In this document: positions 59,001 to 64,000 of the stretch, piece after piece
How positions within the stretch are numbered: the stretch's first letter is position 1
Layout of the letters: each line of letters begins with the position of its first letter
Virus record (IMG/VR): IMGVR_UViG_3300044951_001239
Location: 1 to 64,000 of that record
Source: a virus
Reading direction: 5' to 3' (one strand)
Length of the DNA: 64,000 bases
Translations under genes and position numbers: made by a program
The notes under the pieces: generated by a model
The model's input: the letters and a program-made list of their open reading frames with translations, nothing else
The model's database searches: none
Told to the model about the DNA's origin: nothing

Positions 59001-60516
59001 TGCGTACATTGGTGGACTTGTTGCGGTTAGAGTGATTACTCAAATAAATAATAACTTTACAGAAAATCAATTGATTAGCATCGACGGCGTGGGTGGATCA
59101 ATCCAGTTAAATAATAACACATATTATGTAAAAATAATAAGTGATATTGAATTTGATTTGTATAATCAGCCATATAACCCTGCATATGCAGCAGTTAATT
59201 ATCCAGTTACGCTGCCATCAGCTTATACTTCTGGCGGATATGCTTGGTTAGATCAATTATTCACTATCGTGGATACGGTTGCAACTCGTACTACTGCAAA
59301 CGGTAATAGAATTACTGTTGGTAGCACTGATATTATAGTGCCAAATACTCCAGTATTATTTACTACATATGGCGCAAGTATAGGTGACAACATATTAGGT
59401 GGAATATTAGCAAAAACTCAGTACTATGTGTTTGAAGTAAGACCTACTATCTTAGCAGGAAACTTTATTGTTGGAAATAGTTATCAGATTGTTACGTTAG
59501 GCACCACTGATTGGAATACTGCTGCTGGAACAGTAGCGGTAGCATATGCAGTAGATGACATATTTACCGCAGCCAATATAGCGAGTGGAACAGGTCTTGC
59601 TTCTGGATTGCAAGAATTCACTATTGCGTTAACCAGATATCCAAATCAAGCGCAAGAGGGATTGACTGATGCGACAGGATCAGTCAATGTAACTGAATTT
59701 GAACAAGTTAATGTTGACAGATTATGGGTAACAGTTAATGGTTACAGAGTTCCATCAAGCTCATTGAGATTGAATCCTTTCAATAATTTGAGTATTTTGA
59801 CAACTATCCAGACTGGTGATCAAGTTATTATTACTAGCATGATGCCAACGGCAACACCAAATGAAGAAGTTTACTTGTTGTATGTATCAACTTCAAATGA
59901 ACCTACCGTTTACAGAGTAAATTCTGAGTCCAGAACATGGTTGACTCATTCTCTCCAGTTTACTGACACTACTATATATGTAAATGACATAACCCGTGTG
60001 ACAGATACTGTTATACAAAATGTAGTATGTCCGGCAGCAGTAGATGGTAAATATAATATTGGATTGACTGCTAATAAAAATGCAATATGTCTTGTTGAGG
60101 TTTACAATGTAACAACCGTAACTACAGTAAATCCTACAAACTATCAAATAATTATCGTAGATGCTGCTCCAGTATTACAAATTTCTAGTCAGGTTACTGT
60201 TGGTGACTCGTTAATAATTACTTTAGTTGTAGGACAATTGATCTACCTTAACGGTGAGCAAATTGCATTCGCAGAATGCGACTTGGCCAACAATACACTT
60301 GGTCAATTGACCAGAGGTGCTAACGGAACTGGAGTTAGAGATTATACCCCAATATATGCTGAAGTGTACGGACTCATGCCTGATAATGTAATGCCAGACT
60401 TGTTATATTCAGAAGTTTGGAATCCTATCCCAGGTGTTTATGACCCGATTGAAGGTGATCCGTTACAGATAGCTTATAGTCAAGGTGCAACTTTCTTAAG
60501 AACGAATACAAACTAA
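41080..60516 (+). CDS. Giant 6478-aa virion baseplate/wedge protein (gp7-like position) with many repeated beta-rich modules
   Basis: Single uninterrupted ORF after gp6. It contains a YLNEVKPYHVVIKEF motif, repeated F.G..FGG.....YYV modules and beta-propeller-like stretches. Confidence 0.7.
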   Translation: MATRIRTLDFLPEIFKTTTNAQFLAATLDQLVAQPNTKKIQGYIGSKFGYGINAKDRYVIEPTKSRTDYQLDPGIIFLKENNSTAKDFISYPGIIDALTLEGGLTADNNRLFNNQFYSWDSFTNLDTIINFNQYYWLPEGPERVIVASNIVYSSANFVVQPEANSYLISSETLVNPSANPTLTLLRGGQYTFTVNQNTQFWIQGEPGVTGLSPTQRNVQTRDVYGVINNGITNGVVTFNVPQKNAQDDFIFPGDNTVGVVSTLPFDQVNGALVNEIGGIDGVTALDGLTVMFYNTGDTNEEVTSTFYTISLSGDIDDPLIQLTATAAIPTNQKITVSYGVEWTNRNFYRSSIGVITLEPYNSAILDKLYYQDGTIPGRVGVINLIENNVLNQINVETDILGKINYTSTNGVIFTNGLKVLFQGDIYPESFNNVEFYVEGVGTAIELIPVSTLVSPGLFSAAAYIPFDTTPFDIGNYDSSLYIPIYPDYITIARNAINRNPWSRSNRWFHIDVINATAEYNNTPELVTEYTQLGNKAKRPIIEFYPNLKLFNSGAVGKNPIDFIDTKTTDAFTYVAGQTIYYPDTAGYTTATATIAPITGAITKTATATLPLINQVVLDSTTGIHINDTITFTGTAFGGLSTDPTNNANRYYILDIVNSTNVVISATKQGTSVIVTTGTGTMSAAVYPYSTTITMPSTDVFGLFTAGQYITDSTGLLPSITFVSTISVVGSNTVITVSWYNQSIVAGTSVASVVTADTPLDNYALFDGSRVVFAVDSDSNVRNKIYVSRFSTIQPGSIPVITLTEATEGLVLLDEQTAVYRGYNYSGKDFFFDGVDWIEGQQKSQLNQPPKFDIYDGNDISFGDHAVYVGTSFSGCTLFSYGIGSGSNDTVLGFPLSYSSVNNVGDISFDVTLNSDTFTYVQGLNSITEYVNKGYVYNYSITPGIEPVIVRQLGWQTAVSPSVQYQIFEFDYDVLTNTNNTFICDIAPILTTPTQWPMIQVYVNNIYVPNTEWQVLGPVSDTSTTINIPVIPTTNTVVQILILSDQVSSTAYFQTPINLTNNPFNTSVTTANIGDIRGQYQSIFFNNPNTTGVVFGSNNYRDLGNLVPWGNRIIQNSASLVLPGTFLRNQDHNLFNSLLYNSRQYITFKTLLVDTVNNSDYSRILTPSQMLDDALGQINAPKVESQSFFWSDMLPSKAPYITNTYNFANTLDISVYPLSHIYNFATANYNGILVYLTRDNVQTQLIRGIEYTVSTDSPSLTVTLSLDVNDQITVKEFNQTYGSYVPNTPTKLGLYPATIPSVTLDTAYSPATYFIVGHDGSFNKLYGSYDSPTSTLVDFRDQVLLEYEIRVYNNLKLSETVPAGSYQSVIIPGFFRTTDYSTDEFLQIYSELFLNWVGQNRIDYKTQFYNTNNQFTYNYRDSGNQLNNQPIEQGNFRGAYLFFYDTSTPNETPWQMLGLANQPTWWTSRYGPAPYTSDNLVLWGDLETGTVWNDGTPFIKPSYARPNLSKIIPVDSNGDLLSPFDSLVGNYDQYLFQRDWIVGDVGPAEFSYRRSSTWPFDLMHILAVTKPTEFFNLGVEVDTYKYNVEFNQYLVNDRSHLVISDIPIYGTGTPATSYINWIVDYEKQLGVDATANISTLLDNLDVRLVYRAAGFSDKNLLKFFVEKSSANSNNSSLLIPDESYGLLLYENQPFDRIIYSGVVIQITENGYKVFGNSQTNAYFKTLTPKFGGTIQTITVETLTVKVTDRFTDTIQVIPYGTEFYNTQQVAQFLISYGEFLISQGVVYEEIENGIPIQWQQMVAEFLYWAQTGWDLGSITTINPSANLITINKESRIVQPLTLSQKNFLLNQDLYPISTSNLNITREGTAFAAKTLNVGDAISYGQFNISNIENGIVFDNVTLFNDVIYNLVTGLRQYRISVNGSLTADWTGNVDAAGFILNQDNVKEWDNTLKYTAGAIVQYKNKYWSALRIIQPSILFRELDWKETTYDQIQKGLLPNNQTRSYESTLYYDVNNANLENDADLLSFSLIGYRPRDYLALVDLTDVTQVNVYKNLIKNKGTLNAASAFKGANLPQGGIDYTLYQNWAIKSGEFGGILNNNFIEFRLDQPELVGNPSIVGLTSGVFIDGVQQQVPLYSVFNYGRPITTVDILPTISDLQLSSLYPTAGYVNLNDVKMASYFYSGLPTAQNAAGTTVPISQFYVRDYVWVANYLSTWQVYTPASLGSVINAKNNLNNTVTITFSQAHNLKRYESFAIVNFNVAIDNYYIVAAVVDPFNVIINLSLNPQIKNINSQGVGFRLQSQRVATAPEIGTLPLLDNEFNKLKVWVDTNNDGSWAVYRKSLNYQFDTEIVNPASETFGSAVAYASSFGYLLGDSETGEVYRYKYNALNNSYISYQTITQTTSFGANISYVNNLFVISQPTGTPKVYVYQYIDTQALNTLELYQLIAAPGGVTTWGTSTALSGDQNWLYVSDIDNNSVYAYRRAAYEVTAGNFVSANTYTITSLGTTDFTLIGASSNAVGTIFVASGGGTGTGTATNSTYELAHLIDGDALGLTSAGDNFGYSISTDYYGDTVVIGTPQQDYDVNTQNYGYTYVFSRTVQNFESQSANQAYVPVAIPVAWTPITVTQTATATTASTDRITVSSSTGFTVGDPVVFSGTIISAGALALNAVYYVLAKPTSTTFTISTTRNGSAVQLVDDTGSMTVTVQTSPLFVTVNGTSLEDNYYAVIGSTLNIYSGATPTLNAGDIVNISGSNFVLAQTLTNEETPRVGVQFGLSTDTNTFANEILVGAPFELSAENYEGAVHRYTNSGERYGTIIGTTACNITTPRTVLLNGYRVVLPIGNATSAVANINLLGLTNIQASEVNDNLVISLINVDLAIAGNKLSLTVLDSATLGEMGVELYQQTQKVTSPHVQGRTQFGTVVKFDKSNSGSFIASAPVGTRYASTTFDFFDDEIDNDTVFDNNATQWVDTFTNAGAVYMFDYLPLYSENINNPGQFVYAQSTNAQNLNYGAQPYYGSALDFNNNRVTIGTPNFVPTGYANDIFGQVVTYVSTASTPDWAVFRQSSPIVDVNGIFNIQLFSAMTNQTLENLDYIDPLQGKLLGAVAENIDVVSNIDPAAYNSAGSTQGGKVWAAENVGRLWFNTSNTRFMNYHQNDVQYNSQYWGRVFPGSNVSVYSWIASQAIPSQYAGPGNPYDVNSYSIRGIVNAEGLITPIYYYWVRNTNVVFTLIGKTLADSTLESYISQPQQSGISYFAPLLPSVFGLYNCAAYINAKDTVLHIGYSETTNDDVAHNQYSLIRDGYPEDFLSGVPGSGAAFQFHAAVGITEPIGLYNRMLDSMCGVDNAGGVVPDPLLPKAVQTGILARPRQGFFYNRFGALENYLQYANTVLAQFPIIEIRNPKFLYRTGEFFDTAQYWNTINWWAIGYNNNTKSSIQVPIYADLSTLNVPNGTIVTVASNAAGNAETYIYSGSGIWTRIGLANGTIEFSSKLWDYAEAMLGFGDNFFDTTPYDEYPSEETRYIIRSLNEEIYTNELLVFRNKSLILLFEYIQSETIESQNYLTWLNKTSFIDVSHTIRELLPLEVFRSDNQLFLEGYLNEVKPYHVVIKEFIFKYTRTDIYEGDITDFDLPAQYNSSIEQFVTPELVYANASGDNQYLPSDPIWQTAPYSQWFANYGLSISGQDGYQISVLASYMALNTTTCYVDNVNGFPVSGTIILGEEVMSYASRNIATNQLTGISRGILGSTTTVHIPGEDIFINLPAVLVLNEGRNYATPPRVTAHVDTSIYPVPRVVAQFEPVMSLGSLIGVNVINPGEGYAVLPEIIIDPAFTVLVDSTQVNIVTNTIGITTPALQTGDLVIYTVAPNSTPISGLTPGQHYYVNLLEITPSSVFALYTSYLTAINDHDRVILSAQGSGTQQFSAGAIASCVTSSAPTRENTIVLRFDRTSYTSQVINWTPSGFYAGVIDTSVQASSAITLESTVPPISTILASAGGESFEILNTTNQQTLTWSSRTRATIQTYGSATSYPNAIRINPNIGGAPVEGKIGSTIGFYIGMPVKFVGSVIGTTLTNSVTYYVKSLIQLPNTITSVLEDTGFTISTTVDNNGNPGAVLVQNTASIVAAGLTLYVGELTNLAVLTINYAGIRTATNTVAVTNNITVQLTPTGLAGTTGFYLGTTIFFTGNVFGGIVENENYYVITIIDNQTFTMSTDANPTTFSVTETLASNNSIICESATGLAANNPIIFTGTTFGGLVAGTTYYVREIFSGNTSFSIAATVNSAAIILTNDSGSCTLTNQINAVELTTGSGSMTLNVGLPISPGQIEGQAFTFYETSLPYSNVSGTASNLLARTISSTLATVNRICLVENLTNIYNNLEFNIDSDVGGLTVAGEPYTVNGFGTTTVTVSSTSGGPDYWLTLPVASNPNITDALYVGMPIVFTDPSLGGIEIGSVYYVYSINASPPAGTGQFTISAFDTLSQIFALTTSTGIMTGIGDDYLTISGGYSLIDSVQPATITNASPAVVTVANGGAFPDGTAITFGSYGTLPVPLNSITTYYVINLSGNTFNVSYSLNGVAINTITAGSGTHRVAQTNVTLTQQPITDPVFDVSYILGGYRASIITLGSGYAVNNTITIPGTLVGGTTTANDLVLTVASINSTGGVTSAIASGTPNGIVSDYYLKVLSENQVGVYSDPNLTVEVSGQNFLYTGTISTAATATNSSTNRVTVTSAAEFNVNDAIVFTGTTFGNIVLGQTYYVKTIDPGNTWVTISASTSGTTFVLVTSSGTNMTMAKSGDFAFLSEPFFFSPTIVKYNNQLYQCIISNNDADFFFSKWELLVSGNRKLNALDRIVGYYQPTVNMPGVDLTQLVSGITYPNSTYKGNAFAPDDEYEVDLILQDQPFYPSGIDLKSIIWNGLVYIAGSDIGTYSAFNVSADTTSWTINQLSNQTLSITDFIYAGGSYVITTNNNATPVLTSDNGYTWSSNETVNVLTSSLNSVTYQNGIYVAVGQNIITSTDLNSWTERYAFTNGLTNVFNGVTYATTTGYTGYVAIGLGQQTIGSSAVNFAIIYTSTDAYTWTQVTFNDTSLGFNSIASNGQTIVAVGDGGIIYTSFNCITWFAQSSTIASKLNNIIWDSYNNRFVVVGETGTILTGTLDGITWTQQTSGVASTLESVVWNNTALEYVVVGFNNTILVSADATIWGSSGTFVTAPLAYSIQGDDFTQGYGPEELVPGVIADTIMMTVATRPGTNWDETVYQHVGYNTVSTEITPTSASQDEYSFNNLVTVPAQLAVFVINRSTNLSTSLYRGIDYTVDWVNKNVILNTPITYIAPGNTDRLRIDVYEVGNGDQLVNATSDTDALRLNTTTGFQEIYVNANYSASIYQGSGVVRPDTSSISVNASSTSSSTNAITCSGVIDFVLNSPVSFTGSVFGNIVENQVYYVKSISSTTNRIVISATYNVSTGTAGETFLLTDSTGSMEAVIAVGTGLPWTPPSVFANGNALVLGTYASVVQTTAITNSITTVSTGGLIVDTPVVFSSTMFGNVTPHVVYYVHSIISSTRFTISATQGGSILALIDAVGGATLVSNDYAFSIADNGITAAMVLASTYDVTTDYLTYTIMGETLPEQFGYTLPQVQLFSGNGSTALFALTNYVSGNNPNNAIVEINGIRQTAAAYTISAISNTILFNSPPAVDSTIAVTTYNQTQRQYLNTQYDITGSGEAVASITVSDTTHLLSGFDQDTPTVATFDQDTPTVVLFDQELNYLTLASGTTSQLIINSAIVFQNVIGGIIAGQTYFITEILNSTDFVISTQVGGLPFEVTTDSGAMTSVVSGLTVAAIVGIDNSLSAPLVINVSGTVAADNSVTCNDTTSLVVGQDIIFKAIVVTVAGVLISGDEYEIITLGDTTQLQWNTAAGTVGVDYLVGSVFTAVSTGGGVGTGTVLLSNLGGISTLGQVYFVRAIIDLTHFTIQDQGGNIIVLTDTSGYNLFAYIGGLVAVRVITQINNNFTENQLISIDGVGGSIQLNNNTYYVKIISDIEFDLYNQPYNPAYAAVNYPVTLPSAYTSGGYAWLDQLFTIVDTVATRTTANGNRITVGSTDIIVPNTPVLFTTYGASIGDNILGGILAKTQYYVFEVRPTILAGNFIVGNSYQIVTLGTTDWNTAAGTVAVAYAVDDIFTAANIASGTGLASGLQEFTIALTRYPNQAQEGLTDATGSVNVTEFEQVNVDRLWVTVNGYRVPSSSLRLNPFNNLSILTTIQTGDQVIITSMMPTATPNEEVYLLYVSTSNEPTVYRVNSESRTWLTHSLQFTDTTIYVNDITRVTDTVIQNVVCPAAVDGKYNIGLTANKNAICLVEVYNVTTVTTVNPTNYQIIIVDAAPVLQISSQVTVGDSLIITLVVGQLIYLNGEQIAFAECDLANNTLGQLTRGANGTGVRDYTPIYAEVYGLMPDNVMPDLLYSEVWNPIPGVYDPIEGDPLQIAYSQGATFLRTNTN

Positions 60517-60529
60517 AGATAAATAATAT

Positions 60530-60682
60530 ATGAACGAAAACCCAGTGGAAAATAAATACCCCCAGACCGAAAAATCCGGCACAAAACCAAACGAACAGGT
60601 TGGCTTTTACTTTTCTTCTGGGATAAAGATAACCGACCCAAATACTAAAGAAATTTTGGTTCAAATGCGAGGTGATAATTAA
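60530..60682 (+). CDS. Small conserved hypothetical protein (50 aa)
   Basis: Manual translation MNENPVENKYPQTEKSGTKPNEQVGFYFSSGIKITDPNTKEILVQMRGDN; TAAATA directly upstream; abuts the next gene. Confidence 0.65.
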   Translation: MNENPVENKYPQTEKSGTKPNEQVGFYFSSGIKITDPNTKEILVQMRGDN

Positions 60683-61303
60683 ATGTCAGTAATAACTCTA
60701 TCATACAAAGTAGAAGGATTCATTAAAATACATGACCCTAATAACGGGGAAATTTTCGTAGACAAGAAAAATGCTATAAATTACGAAAATATGTCAATCG
60801 CCATGGCTGATACATTAAGTAGTCGTGGATACGGAGAAATCTATGAAATGGCGTTTGGGAACGGCGGAGCTAGTGTTTCAGATACAGGGGTTATCACTTA
60901 TCTACCCCCAAATGTAACTGGTCAGAATGCTGCACTTTACAATCAAACTTACGCTAAGATTGTAGACGATACTAGTGTTTTTAACTTGGACCCTACCCGT
61001 AATAAAATGACAGTTTCCCATACCACCGGAAAGTATTATACTGACATTTTGGTACAATGTTTACTAGATTATGGTGAACCACCGGGTCAGGCGGCGTTTG
61101 ATAATAGCACACAAACCAATAGTTCTTATATATTTGATGAATTAGGGTTGCTTGCTAACTACGGAACTGACAGTTCAGGTGCGATTATTACAAAATTATT
61201 GACCCACGTGATCTTTCACCCAGTGCAAAAGAGTTTAAATAGACAGATTCAGATTGATTACACGGTACGCCTGCAGTCATTAACTAATTTGGTAACAATT
61301 TAA
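60683..61303 (+). CDS. Virion structural protein (baseplate/fibre attachment region)
   Basis: KKNAINYEN, MAFGNGG, FDELGL and LLTHVIFHPVQKSLNRQIQIDYTVR motifs. Confidence 0.6.
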   Translation: MSVITLSYKVEGFIKIHDPNNGEIFVDKKNAINYENMSIAMADTLSSRGYGEIYEMAFGNGGASVSDTGVITYLPPNVTGQNAALYNQTYAKIVDDTSVFNLDPTRNKMTVSHTTGKYYTDILVQCLLDYGEPPGQAAFDNSTQTNSSYIFDELGLLANYGTDSSGAIITKLLTHVIFHPVQKSLNRQIQIDYTVRLQSLTNLVTI

Positions 61304-61334
61304 TATAAATAACAGATATCGGAGAGATTTTAAA

Positions 61335-62582
61335 ATGGCATATACAATTGTAAAAACCAATGGTCAAGTGTTAACGACCATTGCAGATGGTACTGTTAAT
61401 ACAAGTAGTACTTCACTAGCATTACCGGGCAGAAACTTCGCCGGTTACGGTCAATATGTAGACACAAACTTTGTTCACCAACTTGAAAACTATGCTAATA
61501 CAAGTCCTCCCCCTAACTCATTAGCAGGCCAGTTGTGGTACAATACAAATTCTAATACAATGTTTGTTTGTCCGGCAGACGGAACTACATCGGCTGCTAG
61601 CTGGTTAGCATTAACCTCAACATCTAGCGGTGGTACAACAACATTTGGGGCAGTTACTGTAACTGGAAACATTGGGGCAAATAACATCACGGTGACGAAC
61701 GGCATAGTTGCTGATACGATTACTGTACGCCTGGCAACGGTTACAGCCAACGCCACTATAGCAAATGCTAATATTACTACTGGTAATATTGGAACATTAA
61801 ACACAGCTATAGTAACAACCGGTGGCGCAGCTACAACAGGTACATTGACTGGAACTTGGACTCTGGATGGTACAGGAACCGCGAATACTGTAGCAGGGAC
61901 CGGGTTATACGTGAATTCAGGCAACATTGTAGTTAACCAAGCAGGTGGCGTTTACGGTGTCAAGACTGACAAATACATGTATGCAAATGGTACACCTATC
62001 AGTTTTGCAGGTACTTATAATAACGGAAATGTGTTTGACTATTTGACAGGGGCAAACTCTGTAGTACAATTCGGTGGAGTTATCGCTCCTTCAAGTGTTA
62101 CAACAGCAAATATCACAACAGGTGCCAATACTACTGCTGGGCAGTTGACCGGCAATTGGACATTAACTGCCGGTAGTAGATTAACAGCCACATATGCTGA
62201 CTTGGCTGAACGCTTTGAAGCTGATGCATATTATGATGCAGGGACTGTTGTTGAATTGGGCGGGGACAAAGAAATCACCAGCGTAAAGTACGAATTAAGT
62301 GAAGATATCTTTGGTGTCATCTCTGATACTGCTGCTTACTTGATGAATTCAGGTGCAGGGGATAATATAACACATCCACCGGTCGCTATGACAGGTAGAG
62401 TTCAAGTTAAAGTCACTGGTATAGTTAAAAAGGGTGAGCGGCTAGTTAGTGCAGGTAAAGGATTAGCTCGTGCTGCTCAATCAGGTGAAGCAACTGCGTT
62501 TAACGTCATTGGGCGAGCATTAGAAAACAAAATAACACATGATATTGGAACAGTTTTGGCAATTGTTACGGTGTCTAAATAA
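61335..62582 (+). CDS. Tail-fibre-like protein with a C-terminal chaperone/autocleavage-like domain
   Basis: N-terminal GRNFAGYGQYVDTNFVHQLENYA..PP...GQLWY; C-terminal YADLAERFEAD...GTVV...GVIS...PVAMTGRVQVKV.G...KG..LVS...VIGRALE. Confidence 0.65.
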   Translation: MAYTIVKTNGQVLTTIADGTVNTSSTSLALPGRNFAGYGQYVDTNFVHQLENYANTSPPPNSLAGQLWYNTNSNTMFVCPADGTTSAASWLALTSTSSGGTTTFGAVTVTGNIGANNITVTNGIVADTITVRLATVTANATIANANITTGNIGTLNTAIVTTGGAATTGTLTGTWTLDGTGTANTVAGTGLYVNSGNIVVNQAGGVYGVKTDKYMYANGTPISFAGTYNNGNVFDYLTGANSVVQFGGVIAPSSVTTANITTGANTTAGQLTGNWTLTAGSRLTATYADLAERFEADAYYDAGTVVELGGDKEITSVKYELSEDIFGVISDTAAYLMNSGAGDNITHPPVAMTGRVQVKVTGIVKKGERLVSAGKGLARAAQSGEATAFNVIGRALENKITHDIGTVLAIVTVSK

Positions 62583-62591
62583 GGATTAGAA

Positions 62592-63551
62592 ATGACATAC
62601 GCACAATACGGAACAGTATCCGCAGCAGATTTTAATACTTTAGTAGGTGGAAATCCTACTACAACTGCAAACACGCTTAATGCTACTTGGGCAACAGGTG
62701 GGAGTAGTGCAGGGTATGGACAAACTGCGATTGCTAATGTCTCAGTAGGTAGTAATGTCGCTGCTGTAGGAGCATGGGCAAATTTAGTAAATGTAACTGC
62801 ATCTGCGGCTTCACATCAAGGAATGGCAATCACCTCAGTTACTGCACCGGTTGCAGGCGGAACAATTACATATTTGTCCGCGATACCAACCAACTTAACA
62901 ACTATATATGGTAGTAGATTAAGTGCCGCTATCCAAGGTTCGACTTCTGCTAACTCTGCTAACCGTGCAACAACTTGGAACAATAATCTAGTTGCAACTT
63001 TTACTGCTAGTTTTGCAAATGGTAATGCTGCTAGATTCTTTTTTAACTCGGGTGGCCAATTAAAATTAACATTTTCAGCTCCAACCGGTACAGCAATTGA
63101 TAACTCACTAAACGCACTTGCAACTGCTGTAGGAACAGTAGTTATCTCTGCCCCTTCAAGTGGGGCAATTACAGTAGCAGCAGTTTCATACAACGGTGTT
63201 ACTAAAATAGGCGGAAGCGGAACGGTAAATGCAATATCAACTAACACGGGTTACTATGGATTAGGTACAGCTAATACACAACTGTTTAAACAACTAGTTG
63301 CTTCGGCTCCAGTAGGTTATACAAATACCAATATCAATATTCTTGCAAAAACCAATGGTACTCAGGGAACTAATCTGGATAACGGCAGCATTATTACTAT
63401 ATATTGCAATTGGGCAGAACTATCATCTACTGGGTTAACAGCAGCAGCGGGTGCAAACTCAATATTAACTGTTGCTTTCCCGGAAACTACCTACCTAACA
63501 TCCAATTCTTGGGGAGCAGTTACTACTACTGCTGTGGTTACAGGTACATAA
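62592..63551 (+). CDS. Virion structural protein (fibre-associated)
   Basis: Thr/Ala/Gly-rich with GYGQ and ARFFFNSGGQL motifs; AAGGA RBS. Confidence 0.55.
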   Translation: MTYAQYGTVSAADFNTLVGGNPTTTANTLNATWATGGSSAGYGQTAIANVSVGSNVAAVGAWANLVNVTASAASHQGMAITSVTAPVAGGTITYLSAIPTNLTTIYGSRLSAAIQGSTSANSANRATTWNNNLVATFTASFANGNAARFFFNSGGQLKLTFSAPTGTAIDNSLNALATAVGTVVISAPSSGAITVAAVSYNGVTKIGGSGTVNAISTNTGYYGLGTANTQLFKQLVASAPVGYTNTNINILAKTNGTQGTNLDNGSIITIYCNWAELSSTGLTAAAGANSILTVAFPETTYLTSNSWGAVTTTAVVTGT

Positions 63552-63599
63552 TTTTATGGCTATGTTATATCTATCTAAATACTCTTATAGGAGAGTAGG

Positions 63600-63905
63600 A
63601 TGGATATCAAAAACTTACTTGCCGATTCAAAAGCAAGATTCAATCATAATTCAGCTAAAGCCTACCTGGCAGAAAAATACAAATCAAAATTAATTGTGGC
63701 TGAACAAGGTGGGTTATGGAAAGCCGACGCCGAAACTATTTTATTGCTCACTGGTTTTTCTTCTACTGAATTGGTTCTTATAGACACCTTTAACAGTCCT
63801 GTTAAAGTAGATCGTCAGCAACTTTTAGAAAAACTTCAACAAATCTACGAAACTACCATGGAACAATGGTATACTGAATGGCAAGCACTTGAGAGCAAGA
63901 GATGA
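63600..63905 (+). CDS. Hypothetical protein
   Basis: 101 aa; TAAATA and AGGAG upstream. Confidence 0.6.
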   Translation: MDIKNLLADSKARFNHNSAKAYLAEKYKSKLIVAEQGGLWKADAETILLLTGFSSTELVLIDTFNSPVKVDRQQLLEKLQQIYETTMEQWYTEWQALESKR

Positions 63906-64000
63906 CCCGAGGTGCAATTTTATTTGCTTTTAACACAGAGAAATTTAATTATTACGAAATGGCAGAATATGCTGCTAAACGAATTAATCACTTTCTTAAT
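63902..64000 (+). CDS. N-terminal fragment of a probable glycosyltransferase-like protein (runs off the right edge)
   Basis: ATGA overlap; MTRGAILFAFNTEKFNYYEMAEYAAKRINHFLN has a beta-alpha start typical of GT-A-like phage proteins. Confidence 0.4.
   Translation, partial: MTRGAILFAFNTEKFNYYEMAEYAAKRINHFLN

Noticed and set aside
545-63598. Numerous antisense or alternate-frame ORFs in the track (e.g. 3392-3661, 19160-19627, 31204-31767, 35690-36427, 61490-61927)
   Set aside because: They are shadows of the codon bias in Gly/Ala/Thr-rich genes on the opposite strand and are fully nested in better-supported genes.
1-64000. Stop-codon reassignment (alternative genetic code), as found in some large phages
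   Set aside because: Core genes translate full-length under the standard code, and TAG, TGA and TAA all terminate genes at sensible positions.
1-64000. tRNA genes, terminase, tail sheath or tail tube genes
   Set aside because: No cloverleaf/T-loop signatures or matching protein motifs were seen; these presumably lie outside the window.

Overview
This 64-kb AT-rich window comes from a large T4-like (Tevenvirinae/Kyanoviridae-related, jumbo-type) myovirus and is almost entirely its virion morphogenesis region. From left to right it holds: two Asn-rich fibre-like genes; a degenerate HNH gene followed by a tandem array of four glycine-rich (polyglycine) adhesin-like genes with 7 modules in total; a homing-type endonuclease; the head module (gp23 major capsid, gp22 scaffold, gp21 protease, gp20 portal); a tape-measure-like protein with an M15 peptidase domain; gp26/gp51-like genes; a ~500-bp non-coding gap; a degenerate resolvase-like gene, a GIY-YIG nuclease, gp46/gp47 and the gp55 late sigma factor; an HNH endonuclease; and a baseplate operon (gp48/54-, gp53-, gp27-, gp5-, gp25- and gp6-like genes plus a 6478-aa protein) followed by tail-fibre-like genes. 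TAAATA late-promoter motifs precede most structural genes. The most notable unexplained signals are: (1) a ~370-nt multi-domain structured RNA candidate on the minus strand at 22480-22850; (2) an apparent -1 programmed frameshift (T TTT TTC) fusing the gp26-like and gp51-like ORFs, analogous to lambda gpG/gpGT; (3) the glycine-rich array, whose spacers are decayed copies of the 3' end of the HNH gene plus a late promoter; (4) matched duplications in both coiled-coil arms of gp46; (5) probable leaderless late transcripts. All product calls come from motif recognition and synteny; no database searches were run.
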